From a virus (lineage: Duplodnaviria; Heunggongvirae; Uroviricota; Caudoviricetes), in the IMG/VR virus record IMGVR_UViG_2541047877_000008: 40,927 bases of DNA; one strand, written 5' to 3'. Positions 8,257 to 17,990 of the stretch are shown one piece after another (the stretch's first letter is position 1; each line of letters starts with the position of its first letter). A program made the position numbers and the translations under genes. Under the pieces are notes generated by a model, which was not told the DNA's origin, made no database searches, and saw nothing but the letters and a program-made list of their open reading frames with translations.

Positions 8257-9119
8257 TGTTGTTAGCTCTTCTAATTATCCCCATTCTGGTTAGTGGTTAT
8301 ATTATGATAACCGCTAACCAGTATCATTATTTCCGTTTATACCGACATGAAGGCCAGCTTCTTTATATGAAAGTTGCTGCATTAGGTACATATTGCCTTG
8401 TTGCTTCGGTAATAATTGCCGCATTTATAAAATATAAATATCCTGATTTTCACCTAGTTCACGATATGGTGGAAACTTTTAATGTAACGTCAAAACCAGA
8501 AACAGATAGAATTTACATGTGGCTACTTCTTCTGTCAGTCACATCAATTTGCTTCTCTTTGTGTTATGTATCTTTTGTTTGGCTAAAAGATCTTCTTTTA
8601 GGTTGTTTTTATAAACGTGATATTTATGACAAAATATCAGAGGCAATGAAAGCTAGGGTATTGCGAAAAACGTACTCCCAGGGTTCTTTAGATTTGCTAT
8701 TGCTTGATGCAATCGAATCAGATCCTAAGAAACCAATGTTAATTACTTTATCATCAAATAAAGTATACGTTGGAATAATAAATGGTTCTGGTGAGCCAAC
8801 GGAAAATCAAGGGCCACACCAACACATATCTTTTGTTCCTTTAATGTCAGGGTACAGAAACAAAGAAAATTTATCTGTTACATTTACAAACGCTTACCCA
8901 GGTGAAATCCAAATTAAGCGCAGTGCTGCGATAAAAGGGATAAGCAAAAAGAAAGTTCAAGGTCTAGAAATTATGGTATCTATAGACGAAATAAGTCATA
9001 TATCATGGTTTGACTTTGAAGTATATAAGGCAACAAATAACAAAGTAGAAACAAAGGGTCATGTTGTTAATGTGACCAAAAATGGTCGCAACATATACTA
9101 CAGAAGTGGCAGAAAATAA
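8256..9119 (+). CDS. Membrane protein (about 3 N-terminal TM helices plus about 175-aa soluble domain), AT-rich cargo gene; candidate superinfection-exclusion/defence component
   Basis: ORF track 287 aa, GTG start coupled to upstream stop; hydrophobic segments in first about 110 aa; DNA strongly AT-rich relative to neighbours; no motif recognised. Confidence 0.5.
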   Translation: MLLALLIIPILVSGYIMITANQYHYFRLYRHEGQLLYMKVAALGTYCLVASVIIAAFIKYKYPDFHLVHDMVETFNVTSKPETDRIYMWLLLLSVTSICFSLCYVSFVWLKDLLLGCFYKRDIYDKISEAMKARVLRKTYSQGSLDLLLLDAIESDPKKPMLITLSSNKVYVGIINGSGEPTENQGPHQHISFVPLMSGYRNKENLSVTFTNAYPGEIQIKRSAAIKGISKKKVQGLEIMVSIDEISHISWFDFEVYKATNNKVETKGHVVNVTKNGRNIYYRSGRK

Positions 9120-9135
9120 ATTTTACGCAGTTTAG

Positions 9136-9648
9136 GTGGCTTATATGGATAATACTATCTTAGGCGCATTGATAGGTGCAGTTATTGCTATAGTTTCCAC
9201 TTATATAAATGCAGGACAAGGATACAAAAACAGCATAAGATTAGAGCGACAAAAAATATTAAGGGATAAACGCGAGCAATTATTTATAAATTGTATACTT
9301 ACTAAAAAAGTCATAGATTCAAGCACAATTACCATTCTCAATTTCGTAAAAAATGCCAGATACCACTCTGATAGTAAATTTGACGTATCAAGAGCGAATC
9401 CGTTGCAAACGATGGAAATGCTAATAAACATATACCTTCCTGAGTATAAAAAAGACTTACAAGAACTCAATAATGCGTATCAAGAATTTCACAAATACTA
9501 CTCTCAATATACATGTGCACATACCTTCAAAAATATGCCTGATAATGAGAAGTCGAGGTTTATTGAGGAGGCTGATTTTTATGCAAAAAAGATATATGGC
9601 AAACTTAATGATATTAAGGACAAGATATCATTAAACTCAATAGTATAA
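9136..9648 (+). CDS. Membrane-anchored protein (single N-terminal TM, K/E-rich soluble domain), AT-rich cargo gene
   Basis: ORF track 170 aa; N-terminal ILGALIGAVIAIVSTYI hydrophobic helix; AT-rich; 16 nt downstream of previous gene. Confidence 0.5.
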   Translation: MAYMDNTILGALIGAVIAIVSTYINAGQGYKNSIRLERQKILRDKREQLFINCILTKKVIDSSTITILNFVKNARYHSDSKFDVSRANPLQTMEMLINIYLPEYKKDLQELNNAYQEFHKYYSQYTCAHTFKNMPDNEKSRFIEEADFYAKKIYGKLNDIKDKISLNSIV

Positions 9649-9723
9649 CAGCGATACTGCTGCTGACGGCTCCCGCTGCGGTGGGCGTTCTGCGGATTCC
9701 CGCCCAGGCGGCGGTGGCATTCG

Positions 9724-9750
9724 TTAAAAACAAGGCCGCGAAAGCGGCCT
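9724..9750 (-). terminator. Intrinsic terminator after the lipoprotein gene (end of ejection-gene transcription unit)
   Basis: AGGCCGC-GAAA-GCGGCCT hairpin 9733-9750; on the minus strand it is followed by a T-run (complement of AAAAA 9726-9730); 16 nt past the stop of the 9766-10179 gene. Confidence 0.55.
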
Positions 9751-9765
9751 GTGACATGTCACGAC

Positions 9766-10179
9766 TTATAAAGATGACTGATATTTTACAACTCTGTTCA
9801 TGGCATCTTTTTTCACCGAGCTGATATCAGTTCTTATTTTGGCTTCGTCATTACTGCTTATCATGCTATTAATTTTTTGCACTGACATGCCGTTTCTTTC
9901 AGCCATTGCACATACAGCAGCATCGTATGAAGAACTCGCTGCGATGGATATCACCTTGTTACACTCAAACACAGCACCTTCAGCAATATCAGATGCCGAT
10001 GAGGCTGGCTTGGTATAAGTCTTGACGTAGTGATCAATACAACTATCCTTCGCCGTCTTGGCAAGAGAAAAATCCATTTTAACTTTGTCGCAATATGCCT
10101 TATCAACACCGTCATAAACATCATAGGATGTCGAGCAAGCGGATATCAAAAATACCGATAACAGCAATAATTCCTTCAT
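9766..10179 (-). CDS. Lipoprotein (signal peptide plus lipobox ISAC), AT-rich; possible exclusion/cor-like cargo protein
   Basis: ORF track 137 aa; MKELLLLSVFLISAC lipoprotein signal; SD AAGGAA upstream; AT-rich composition. Confidence 0.55.
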   Translation of the reverse strand: MKELLLLSVFLISACSTSYDVYDGVDKAYCDKVKMDFSLAKTAKDSCIDHYVKTYTKPASSASDIAEGAVFECNKVISIAASSSYDAAVCAMAERNGMSVQKINSMISSNDEAKIRTDISSVKKDAMNRVVKYQSSL

Positions 10180-10188
10180 TGTTGTTCC

Positions 10189-12663
10189 TTATTGCGGAGT
10201 GACATCCTGAGGTCGCCACCAGTATGTCTGGTTAAACTCTTTCTTTGAACGTTGCTCCATTTTACGCAAATAGCCTGGTGAAAAATACTCCTGCATCTGG
10301 TTAAAGATCATGTGATCGAGAGCCGCCTTTAAGTACCAGAGATTCGCACCTGGCATCAGACCTTTCCCCAGCTTAACCAGATCACCACCAGTCTGCTCAT
10401 TCTTCCCTTCCACAGCATTTAACGGTATGCCCTGAGCAATCTTCACTACGTCATCAACCAGACCAGCTACCGGGCCAAGCATCGACGCCAACGCGCCGCT
10501 TCCGTACCTGGTGTGGTCAGAGAAAAGAAAATCACCATACAACCCTGCACCACCACCTTTTAAAAATGCATTTATCCAGAATTTAACCATGTTGTCACCG
10601 GTCATTTCTTTTGGATTTCTCCCATTAATAAGATCAGTAATCTGCATGGAAAGAGCACCAAGCATGGTTGTGCTTGCTAAAAACGTTGCTATATATGCTG
10701 CACGCCCACCAGCAGACGGCATCCCCATAGCTCTATGCCAGTGACGCATAACTACCGAGATAGGGAACGATTTAAACAGGAAAACACTTCTCGTTAATTC
10801 ACCTTTCCATGTTCCACGCTGAAGACCAGACCCTACGAACATCTGTTCACGTGCGCCCGGTGTAATAACAGCCATATCAACTTCTTCAGTTACGGCACCG
10901 AGCAGTTTACGCATTGCCTCAAATTTCACGCGTTCAGGCTCACCAAGATGTTTAACTGCTGAATCAGGGATACGCATAATGCTTTCCGGTGTCAGCATCG
11001 TATTATTACCGTTCCCCCAGTCCTCCTGTTGCGCCAGCTTCCATACGCTCCAGTCTGTGTCAGTAATCCCTTTGCTTTTCAGGATACGAAAATCAGAGTC
11101 ATCGAGGCTACGAAGGTCTGGTGTCCGTGACACTACTTCTCCCAGGCTTCCCATCATGGTTACGCCATAGGCGCGCTTGTGCGCATCTGACCATGCTGTA
11201 AGCCCACTGGCACGCATTACCGCCGTTGCCGCCCAACGAGACACAGACGGCCCCATATTATCCATCGCCCAGCGGTTAACGCTGCCAAGTAGAGATTCCA
11301 TCGCCAGGCCAGCGCGGCGCGCCCGCGCAAGTTCTGTACGGTTCGTTGGGTCCATAGCTTCAAGCTGGTTGCGAAATAACTGGTTCATTGGAAGGTTGGT
11401 AACCTTCGCAGACAGATACATGGTTCCAAGATCAGAGAACGATGACAGCAACGCGGATCCGAGTCTGCTGGCAACCAGCCAGTTGCGGATATTGTCAGAC
11501 CATCGCGCGATGTGCGGATTCGCTACAGGCTGTGTTTTTCCGGAAATAAAGTTGTACAAGTTCTCTGTTTTGTTCGCCAGACGCTCGACGCTACCGGTTT
11601 TACTCGGGTTAGCTGTTGCCGTTTCTGCCTTAACCTGATCAAGAAGGGAGCGGAAAACATGATCGGGGTTTGGGCCATATGTTTCCACCAGTGCAATATC
11701 TTTACTGATACCTTCCAGGTGACCGACCATGATTTCCCATAGAGAGCGATCGCCATAAAGTTGCTGATATTGCAGATAGGAATCTGCATCTTTGAAATGT
11801 ATCTGTCGTGATGCATTACCACGGTTAGCACGTGCGCCGGAAATTCGCATTCCGGTATCAGTAAGCTTATTCAGCCCACCAGTAGCGATCGTGTTATAAG
11901 CCTCTCCAAGAAATTCAGACAACTCGGCATCGTTCATCAGTTGTCCATCGGCTCGGATATAATATTTGCGATCCAGCTTACCTATAACATCGCTAACCCA
12001 CTTATCCTTTGATACCGACCCAACCTTTTCCATAGAATGATGTTGAGGGATCCCCCAGTTTTCGAGATAGCCAATGTCCCCACCAGCATCATTAAACCGG
12101 CGGCGCAGCAGCTCTGTAACTTCTCTCCACGCCTTAGCACCTTTTCTTGCTTTAGCATTGCCAGTATTTTGCCCCCGCATTTCATATACCAGGTCACGCA
12201 CGCCAGCTTCATCTTCAAACAGGCCAAAAAAGCGAGGATCAACTGCTTCAAATGCCTCTTGCAATTGACTCAATGCATAATCACGAGTGGCTTTTGTTCT
12301 GGATTCAACAGAGAGGAAATTCGATTTACCGTCTGCATTAAAAGCAATAGTACGGTTAAGAGCGCCAAGTTTCCCATCAGCCCCTTGATAGCTATTGATA
12401 AATTTATCCAATCTCTGACGTGCGGCTATAGTGAGGGCCACACGACGTTTCTTTAATGCCGCTTCTCGCTGTAATTCTTCAGATGCCAATTGTGCTGCAC
12501 GATACAACCGTTCTGATTCGGAAAGTTGTCGCCACGACATCGGGTCATCACGAGCAATGGAGCGCATATTTCGATAAATGCGGTCTTCAATGTTCTGTAT
12601 TTCTCGCGCCGTTAACGTGCGCTGCGCCGCCTGCTGGACCGCTTGTATACATTCCTGTCTCAT
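10189..12663 (-). CDS. Large internal virion / DNA-ejection protein (T7 gp16-position)
   Basis: ORF track 824 aa; position and size within a run of three giant structural ORFs following tail-tube genes; no direct motif assignment. Confidence 0.55.
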   Translation of the reverse strand: MRQECIQAVQQAAQRTLTAREIQNIEDRIYRNMRSIARDDPMSWRQLSESERLYRAAQLASEELQREAALKKRRVALTIAARQRLDKFINSYQGADGKLGALNRTIAFNADGKSNFLSVESRTKATRDYALSQLQEAFEAVDPRFFGLFEDEAGVRDLVYEMRGQNTGNAKARKGAKAWREVTELLRRRFNDAGGDIGYLENWGIPQHHSMEKVGSVSKDKWVSDVIGKLDRKYYIRADGQLMNDAELSEFLGEAYNTIATGGLNKLTDTGMRISGARANRGNASRQIHFKDADSYLQYQQLYGDRSLWEIMVGHLEGISKDIALVETYGPNPDHVFRSLLDQVKAETATANPSKTGSVERLANKTENLYNFISGKTQPVANPHIARWSDNIRNWLVASRLGSALLSSFSDLGTMYLSAKVTNLPMNQLFRNQLEAMDPTNRTELARARRAGLAMESLLGSVNRWAMDNMGPSVSRWAATAVMRASGLTAWSDAHKRAYGVTMMGSLGEVVSRTPDLRSLDDSDFRILKSKGITDTDWSVWKLAQQEDWGNGNNTMLTPESIMRIPDSAVKHLGEPERVKFEAMRKLLGAVTEEVDMAVITPGAREQMFVGSGLQRGTWKGELTRSVFLFKSFPISVVMRHWHRAMGMPSAGGRAAYIATFLASTTMLGALSMQITDLINGRNPKEMTGDNMVKFWINAFLKGGGAGLYGDFLFSDHTRYGSGALASMLGPVAGLVDDVVKIAQGIPLNAVEGKNEQTGGDLVKLGKGLMPGANLWYLKAALDHMIFNQMQEYFSPGYLRKMEQRSKKEFNQTYWWRPQDVTPQ

Positions 12664-12668
12664 TTAAT

Positions 12669-14471
12669 TTAACCTCTCAAGAAACACGCCACAGCAACAT
12701 CAAACAGGCTGGAATCCTGTATTGCCTGCTCACTTTCCCTGTTCGCTTCATCCAGTACTTCACGCGCACTGCGCGATTGTGGATTACCATCATCATCCAG
12801 CACGGTGATTATCATGTCCGGAGATTCAAGCAGCGAGTCTTCAGCTATACGCAGATCAATATCTCCTGCCGGATCTGCCATCATTTTTTGTTCTGTCTGT
12901 TGCAATATCTTACCGGGCTCAAAAGGAGCTACTTCGTCTGGCGTCCTGACCTCTGCTGTTTTATAGAATGAAACAGCCTGAGCATTAAGTTCACTTTCTG
13001 CCTGCTGTCGCCGTGCCAGTTCTGCTCGAGCTTCAAAAAACTGACCTCCAGGCTCGTGCGGCGCCAACGCGTTACGGGAAAATTCCAGGCGTTCTTGTGC
13101 CTGCCGGATTCGTTGATCAATATCGCGAAGTCTGGCCTGTTTATCTGATCGAGCACGAGACAAAGCTTTACCGCTACCGGTTGGCTCTTCTGCAAGAATT
13201 TGTGCACGCTGTTCAGTGAGATTGTCGATAATTCGTTGGCTATTAGCGATTTCAGACTGGTAAACCTGTCTATCGCCACGCGGCAAAAGCTGCGCAGCCT
13301 GTTCTTCAAGCAACCGATTTTCGATAGCGCGCGCCGTTACTCCATCATCTACAGATGACAGAGCCTCATTAACTGCCTGAGACAGCAGATTCTTGCGCCC
13401 AGGAATTTCACTGAAAGATGCAGACTCAACAATGCTGGCAACGTCTACAGGTCTCCCCTGGCTAACATCAGACATAGCTTTTCGCAGAGCCTGAATGTGA
13501 GAATTGCGCGAAAGCACGTTGATCGGCACGCCGGGAGCAATATCAATTTCAGCATGATGAGCGGCATTCGCCGCCAGTGCAGCATCGATATCAACTGGTG
13601 AAAAATTTGGTGCGCTTGTAGACTCGCCGCGAGAGTTAATAAATCTGCCGACACCACCAAACGCCACCCCAAGAACAGCATCAATAGCAATTGCCTGTCG
13701 ATCCAACACATCATACTGGTTAGCCATTTCGCTATAGCCACCATCACGAAGCGTTTTTGCAGTAAGCCCACGCTGTGCCATACCGAACGCAATATTTGTA
13801 CCTGCGGCATAGGCAATATCTGGCGTTGCACGTACTGCTGTTGCTGCGGCGCGTCGCACTGAACTCTCACCCGTCCGCGCAAGCTGAGCCGCCACACCTT
13901 CCGCCAGCGCACCACCAGCACGTAACCCGAGGCTCATAGGGATCAGTGTTCCGGCACCAGCAGTAATGCCCTGCACTAATCCCGCTTCCTGCGCCGTCCT
14001 GAAATCAACACCCTGTGCTGTCAGCCGTTCAAACTCAGAAAAACCCTGTAGCGAAGTTACCGCCGCTGCACCTCCGACAGGACCACCGAGCGTTGTACCG
14101 ACAACAGCCTGCCCGCCCATATCGAACAACCCATAAAGAACCTGCCCGGCGGTTCCGGTTGTCGCGGCATCAGGCGTCAGCCGCTTAACCTGCTGCTCTG
14201 CTAGTTTTCTCTGCTCAGCAATGTATGAAACTGAAGTGTCATTGAGCGAGGTGTTTTCGTTAACAAACTGAGCAATCGGGGATACGATTTTATCCATCCC
14301 TGCCCATAGCAACTGATCTGGCTTTGCCACCAGCCCGGAGTACAAACCAGACAATGCCGCTCCTACAGCGTTGTCGAAAAAACCAACATCGCTGTTAAAG
14401 CCAGCTGGATTTGATGCTGCTTCGTCAAGCTGCTGATTCTGGTTTACTGGATTAAGGCCAAAGTAACTCAT
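12669..14471 (-). CDS. Internal virion protein (Gly/Ala-rich)
   Basis: ORF track 600 aa; glycine-rich low-complexity segments; structural-operon position. Confidence 0.5.
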   Translation of the reverse strand: MSYFGLNPVNQNQQLDEAASNPAGFNSDVGFFDNAVGAALSGLYSGLVAKPDQLLWAGMDKIVSPIAQFVNENTSLNDTSVSYIAEQRKLAEQQVKRLTPDAATTGTAGQVLYGLFDMGGQAVVGTTLGGPVGGAAAVTSLQGFSEFERLTAQGVDFRTAQEAGLVQGITAGAGTLIPMSLGLRAGGALAEGVAAQLARTGESSVRRAAATAVRATPDIAYAAGTNIAFGMAQRGLTAKTLRDGGYSEMANQYDVLDRQAIAIDAVLGVAFGGVGRFINSRGESTSAPNFSPVDIDAALAANAAHHAEIDIAPGVPINVLSRNSHIQALRKAMSDVSQGRPVDVASIVESASFSEIPGRKNLLSQAVNEALSSVDDGVTARAIENRLLEEQAAQLLPRGDRQVYQSEIANSQRIIDNLTEQRAQILAEEPTGSGKALSRARSDKQARLRDIDQRIRQAQERLEFSRNALAPHEPGGQFFEARAELARRQQAESELNAQAVSFYKTAEVRTPDEVAPFEPGKILQQTEQKMMADPAGDIDLRIAEDSLLESPDMIITVLDDDGNPQSRSAREVLDEANRESEQAIQDSSLFDVAVACFLRG

Positions 14472-16981
14472 TGAGGAATATCTCCGGAGAATCTCTGACG
14501 CTTCTGTGTCAGATTAAGAACAACGGGAGAACCATCGTCTTTCAGCAGATAACCAGTACCAAGTTTCACCAGGTACTGACTATCGCCGTAACTTTGCAAA
14601 CCATACTGACCAGGCGGTGTTTTTATCCCGGAGCCGACAACTTGTTCATTCCAAGCCTGATTAACCTGCTTATCGAATTGCTCTGCAGACATTCCCCACG
14701 GCAAAAGGACATTCCCCATTCCGTTATAGTCATGCACGCCACCTGTAGCTACGTTAACAGCCTGTTTCCAGACATCATTGTCAATTTCGCCTGATACCAC
14801 GCCTTTTTTCGCCATCACACCAGCGTAATAATCCTTTGCGATCTCGTATGCCATTGATGCCCCCTGAGCGTCACCAGCAAATGCATCCTTCACCATGTCA
14901 GAAAACTCAAGGCGAAGATCAGCATCTTTAGGCATCGGAATACCTTTCGCATCATCAGTACCTTTACGAGCCGCCGCGCCAGCAATAATTGTCTGCGCAG
15001 CGGTTTCAGGAGACACGGAAACATCCGGATTAAACCAGTTTTTTTCTGCCAAAATACCACCAGGCTTATCCATCAGTATCCCGGCAACGGCAGCAGATGG
15101 AGCGTTGGCGCTGATCTGCTGTAGTGCTGACATATACACCTGCCCACCACCAGTGCTCTGCCTGATGGTATCGAGATATGCTGCCTGTTGGGAAACGGGC
15201 GCATCACGAAAGAAAACACCGATCTGATTGGCCTCGTCTTTGGAAAAGAACGTCAGTGGAGTGCCATATGACTTAGCAAGGTCACTGACCTGAGCAGCAC
15301 GCAAGGCAACGCTCTGTCCAAAGTTATCCTTATTGCTCATGTCGATAGGCTTTGCCTGTCCGGCGGAAAGAGAGAACTGTACAGGATCAGCCTGTCGCTG
15401 CTTTATCACCTGACTTGCAGCCGACACAACGTTGTCATAAAGAGCGGCTCGTGCCGCATAACCCTCCCCTGTCTCACCAGTATCCGGGCGTAATTGCTCA
15501 ACATATGCTGTAATGCTGCTTGTCGGCATGTTGCGGAAAGAGCCTATATACTGTCCGGCGATTTGCGTATTTCTGAACTCGGTATATCGCAGGTTTCCTT
15601 CTCTTACTCCATAAGCTGCAATAAAATCAGCCTCACCAGGTGGGTTAGGAAATTCAACGCCACGCATATACGCAGCTGTCGCATCGCGAACCTGACTGTC
15701 AATCATCGTTTTATATTCAGCCTGCTGCTGCCGACGCAGTTGACCCGCCTGTCGCATAAAACTTGCCTGCGCCTCAGGAGATGCCGCATCGAATGCTGCA
15801 TTACCGGTATAGCGTTTGGTGTTGGTTGGAATTGTTGATAAACCAAGTGCTGCACTGACACCAGCAGTTAACTGCTGATCACTGTATGGCTGGCTACCGT
15901 TCTCATGATGGATAATGGCTGCACAAAGCGCCTTCAGGGTATCAGGATTTGATGCATCGAGAGGCTCATCAGCAGAAACGCCAAGTTGTTCGCACACCGC
16001 TTTGATATACGACATAGTGTCATTTTTATCAGCAGGCGGTGCCCAGCGATTAATTATCTCGCTGACGGTATCAATACCCTGCCTCTGATACGACATCAGG
16101 TTCCGCCCTAATGCACGAATCCCGTGTTCAGGTGTTTCGAATTTAGCAAATCGACCATCATCACCGGTCTGGCCTACCCACGGATTAGTTTTGCTGTATT
16201 CGAGATTTCCTGGGTTATTGTTGCGTATGCCACGGGCACGCTCGGAAGAGTCACTATCTGCTACAGCACGGCGAGCTCCAGCAGCAGTATCACTTAACTC
16301 GCCATTACTTTGGATGAATGCGGTCGCATTGTTTGCCGACCACTGGGACAATGCAGCATCAGCAACCTTCTCTTTAAACTCGATTTTCTTGGCCTGGATT
16401 TGCTCGTTGCTCCAGCCATGTGCAACACCGTACTCCTCAATTTGCTGGAAAGTTTGCTTGTTAGCCAATACGTATGCGGCGTTGTCGCCATACAATGCTG
16501 CGGCATTTTTACCATTGTTCAGCAGTGTCGCCTGAAACTGGCCTTCTTCGTAGGCATTAATTTGCCCTATCTCGTGTCGCCCGGCCTGCGTAGTGAACTG
16601 AATGCGCTGCTGCTGCGCCTGCTGCATGAAAGCATTACGAGCCTGTTCATCCGGCAGAGACATAGCCAGTTGTTCGACCTGAGCATCAAACTGCTGCGTA
16701 TACTCATGGCCTTTTCCAATAGCATTTTTCCCTTTCAGGTTAAGCAATCCTGTTTCAGGATTATTCAGCAGATCGCTGCTTATCTGACTGAGGTTAAGAG
16801 ATGCCTCCTGAGCCAGAGCGATATTGGCACGCTGTTTTGCCTGCCCCAAAACATCAATTGCCTCTGCCCCTGCCCGAACAAAAGCATCACCAATACCTGG
16901 CTGAGAAAACGTCTGCAAGCCTGCTGACTGAACTCCACGGCTCTGAACCTGACGGCCGGATACTGTTGGTACGACTGGCAT
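14468..16981 (-). CDS. Large internal virion protein, possibly with a virion-associated cell-wall hydrolase domain
   Basis: Track ORF 14468-17056; start placed at ATG 16979-16981 (SD GGAGG; TAATG overlap with upstream stop). Segment RGIRNNNPGNLEY...FETPEHGIRAL is reminiscent of structural lysozyme-like domains (unverified). Confidence 0.55.
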   Translation of the reverse strand: MPVVPTVSGRQVQSRGVQSAGLQTFSQPGIGDAFVRAGAEAIDVLGQAKQRANIALAQEASLNLSQISSDLLNNPETGLLNLKGKNAIGKGHEYTQQFDAQVEQLAMSLPDEQARNAFMQQAQQQRIQFTTQAGRHEIGQINAYEEGQFQATLLNNGKNAAALYGDNAAYVLANKQTFQQIEEYGVAHGWSNEQIQAKKIEFKEKVADAALSQWSANNATAFIQSNGELSDTAAGARRAVADSDSSERARGIRNNNPGNLEYSKTNPWVGQTGDDGRFAKFETPEHGIRALGRNLMSYQRQGIDTVSEIINRWAPPADKNDTMSYIKAVCEQLGVSADEPLDASNPDTLKALCAAIIHHENGSQPYSDQQLTAGVSAALGLSTIPTNTKRYTGNAAFDAASPEAQASFMRQAGQLRRQQQAEYKTMIDSQVRDATAAYMRGVEFPNPPGEADFIAAYGVREGNLRYTEFRNTQIAGQYIGSFRNMPTSSITAYVEQLRPDTGETGEGYAARAALYDNVVSAASQVIKQRQADPVQFSLSAGQAKPIDMSNKDNFGQSVALRAAQVSDLAKSYGTPLTFFSKDEANQIGVFFRDAPVSQQAAYLDTIRQSTGGGQVYMSALQQISANAPSAAVAGILMDKPGGILAEKNWFNPDVSVSPETAAQTIIAGAAARKGTDDAKGIPMPKDADLRLEFSDMVKDAFAGDAQGASMAYEIAKDYYAGVMAKKGVVSGEIDNDVWKQAVNVATGGVHDYNGMGNVLLPWGMSAEQFDKQVNQAWNEQVVGSGIKTPPGQYGLQSYGDSQYLVKLGTGYLLKDDGSPVVLNLTQKRQRFSGDIPQ

Positions 16982-17526
16982 TATAATCCTCCGGGTAATC
17001 TGGTTCCTGCTGCTGCCCCGATTGGCGCAGGGGTGCTTTGAGTAAACGGACTCCACGTCCCACCAAACATCTGGTACGCACCGTATGCCTTCAGAGGCGC
17101 AGTGAGCAATGTTGTTGCTGCTCCCACATTCCCCTGTTTACGGGCTGAACTGGCTTCTGCTTTATAGTTGGCAGCCTGAACCTGATAACCGTAAGCCTCG
17201 CGTTGCGCGTTATTCACCGTCGTCAGCGAATCAAGAGCGCCAAACTGGGCAGTGTCGCCAAATATATCCAGCGCGTTACCGGTAGATAAATCGGCGCCGG
17301 TCGCCCCCATTGTCGCCGCTTGAGTACCAAGCCGCTGTCGGGTCTCTCTGCGCCGTTGCTCAGCTTCAGCGTTACCTCTGTTTATTGCATCATTTGCCTG
17401 AGCTGTGGCTATATCTGCGTTCGCTTCTGCAACCTTCGAGGCATACTTTCCCTGTTGGTACTGGGTGTATGCCTGAATGCCACTCATGGCGAGCATTGCG
17501 CCACCAGCAATAACCGGATCGCACAT
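16981..17526 (-). CDS. Internal virion protein (T7 gp14-position; N-terminal hydrophobic segment)
   Basis: ORF track 181 aa; Ala/Gln-rich; coupled to downstream gene. Confidence 0.45.
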   Translation of the reverse strand: MCDPVIAGGAMLAMSGIQAYTQYQQGKYASKVAEANADIATAQANDAINRGNAEAEQRRRETRQRLGTQAATMGATGADLSTGNALDIFGDTAQFGALDSLTTVNNAQREAYGYQVQAANYKAEASSARKQGNVGAATTLLTAPLKAYGAYQMFGGTWSPFTQSTPAPIGAAAGTRLPGGL

Positions 17527-17990
17527 TATTTTCTCTCCATGTGAAATCTGTGGAAATTAAGACCAAGAGCACCATAAGGCGCGGCTTCTTCAAGCCTGAA
17601 TCCAAGCCAGTGCAGCCATGCTTTGGCAACATGGTTTCGCTCGTCGACGTAGTTTTCCAGGCGCGGATAAACTGCCAGCATCTGCTGCAATACAGGTCGG
17701 CAGTGGCGAAGAAATGTCTTCTGATATTTTTCAATACGGCTGGTTCCGACCAGCCAGGGTGTACCATTGCCACCGATCATTGACGCCGGAGATACACCAA
17801 ACATGGTTACCAGTTCTCCGTTCGCGAACCCTGACCAGGCCATAGTCGCAGTGCGAAGACCAACACGCAGCGCATCTTCGGTAGTCATCAGCGATACCGC
17901 ATACAGTTCGTCAATATCAGCCTGACGAACATCCGGCAAAATCATCTGAAGATGCTCTTCGGTGGCGGGAATAATTCGAACATCGATCAT
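17526..17990 (-). CDS. Hypothetical virion-associated protein
   Basis: ORF track 154 aa; tightly packed between tail tubular B and internal virion genes. Confidence 0.4.
   Translation of the reverse strand: MIDVRIIPATEEHLQMILPDVRQADIDELYAVSLMTTEDALRVGLRTATMAWSGFANGELVTMFGVSPASMIGGNGTPWLVGTSRIEKYQKTFLRHCRPVLQQMLAVYPRLENYVDERNHVAKAWLHWLGFRLEEAAPYGALGLNFHRFHMERK

Noticed and set aside
12929-13921. Plus/minus-strand ORFs nested in other frames of large structural genes (for example 12929-13309, 13445-13921, 16310-16927, 18904-19230, 24393-25130, 28313-28982)
   Set aside because: Each is fully contained within a long, well-supported minus-strand gene, lacks an RBS, and has composition typical of out-of-frame readings of GC-rich coding DNA.
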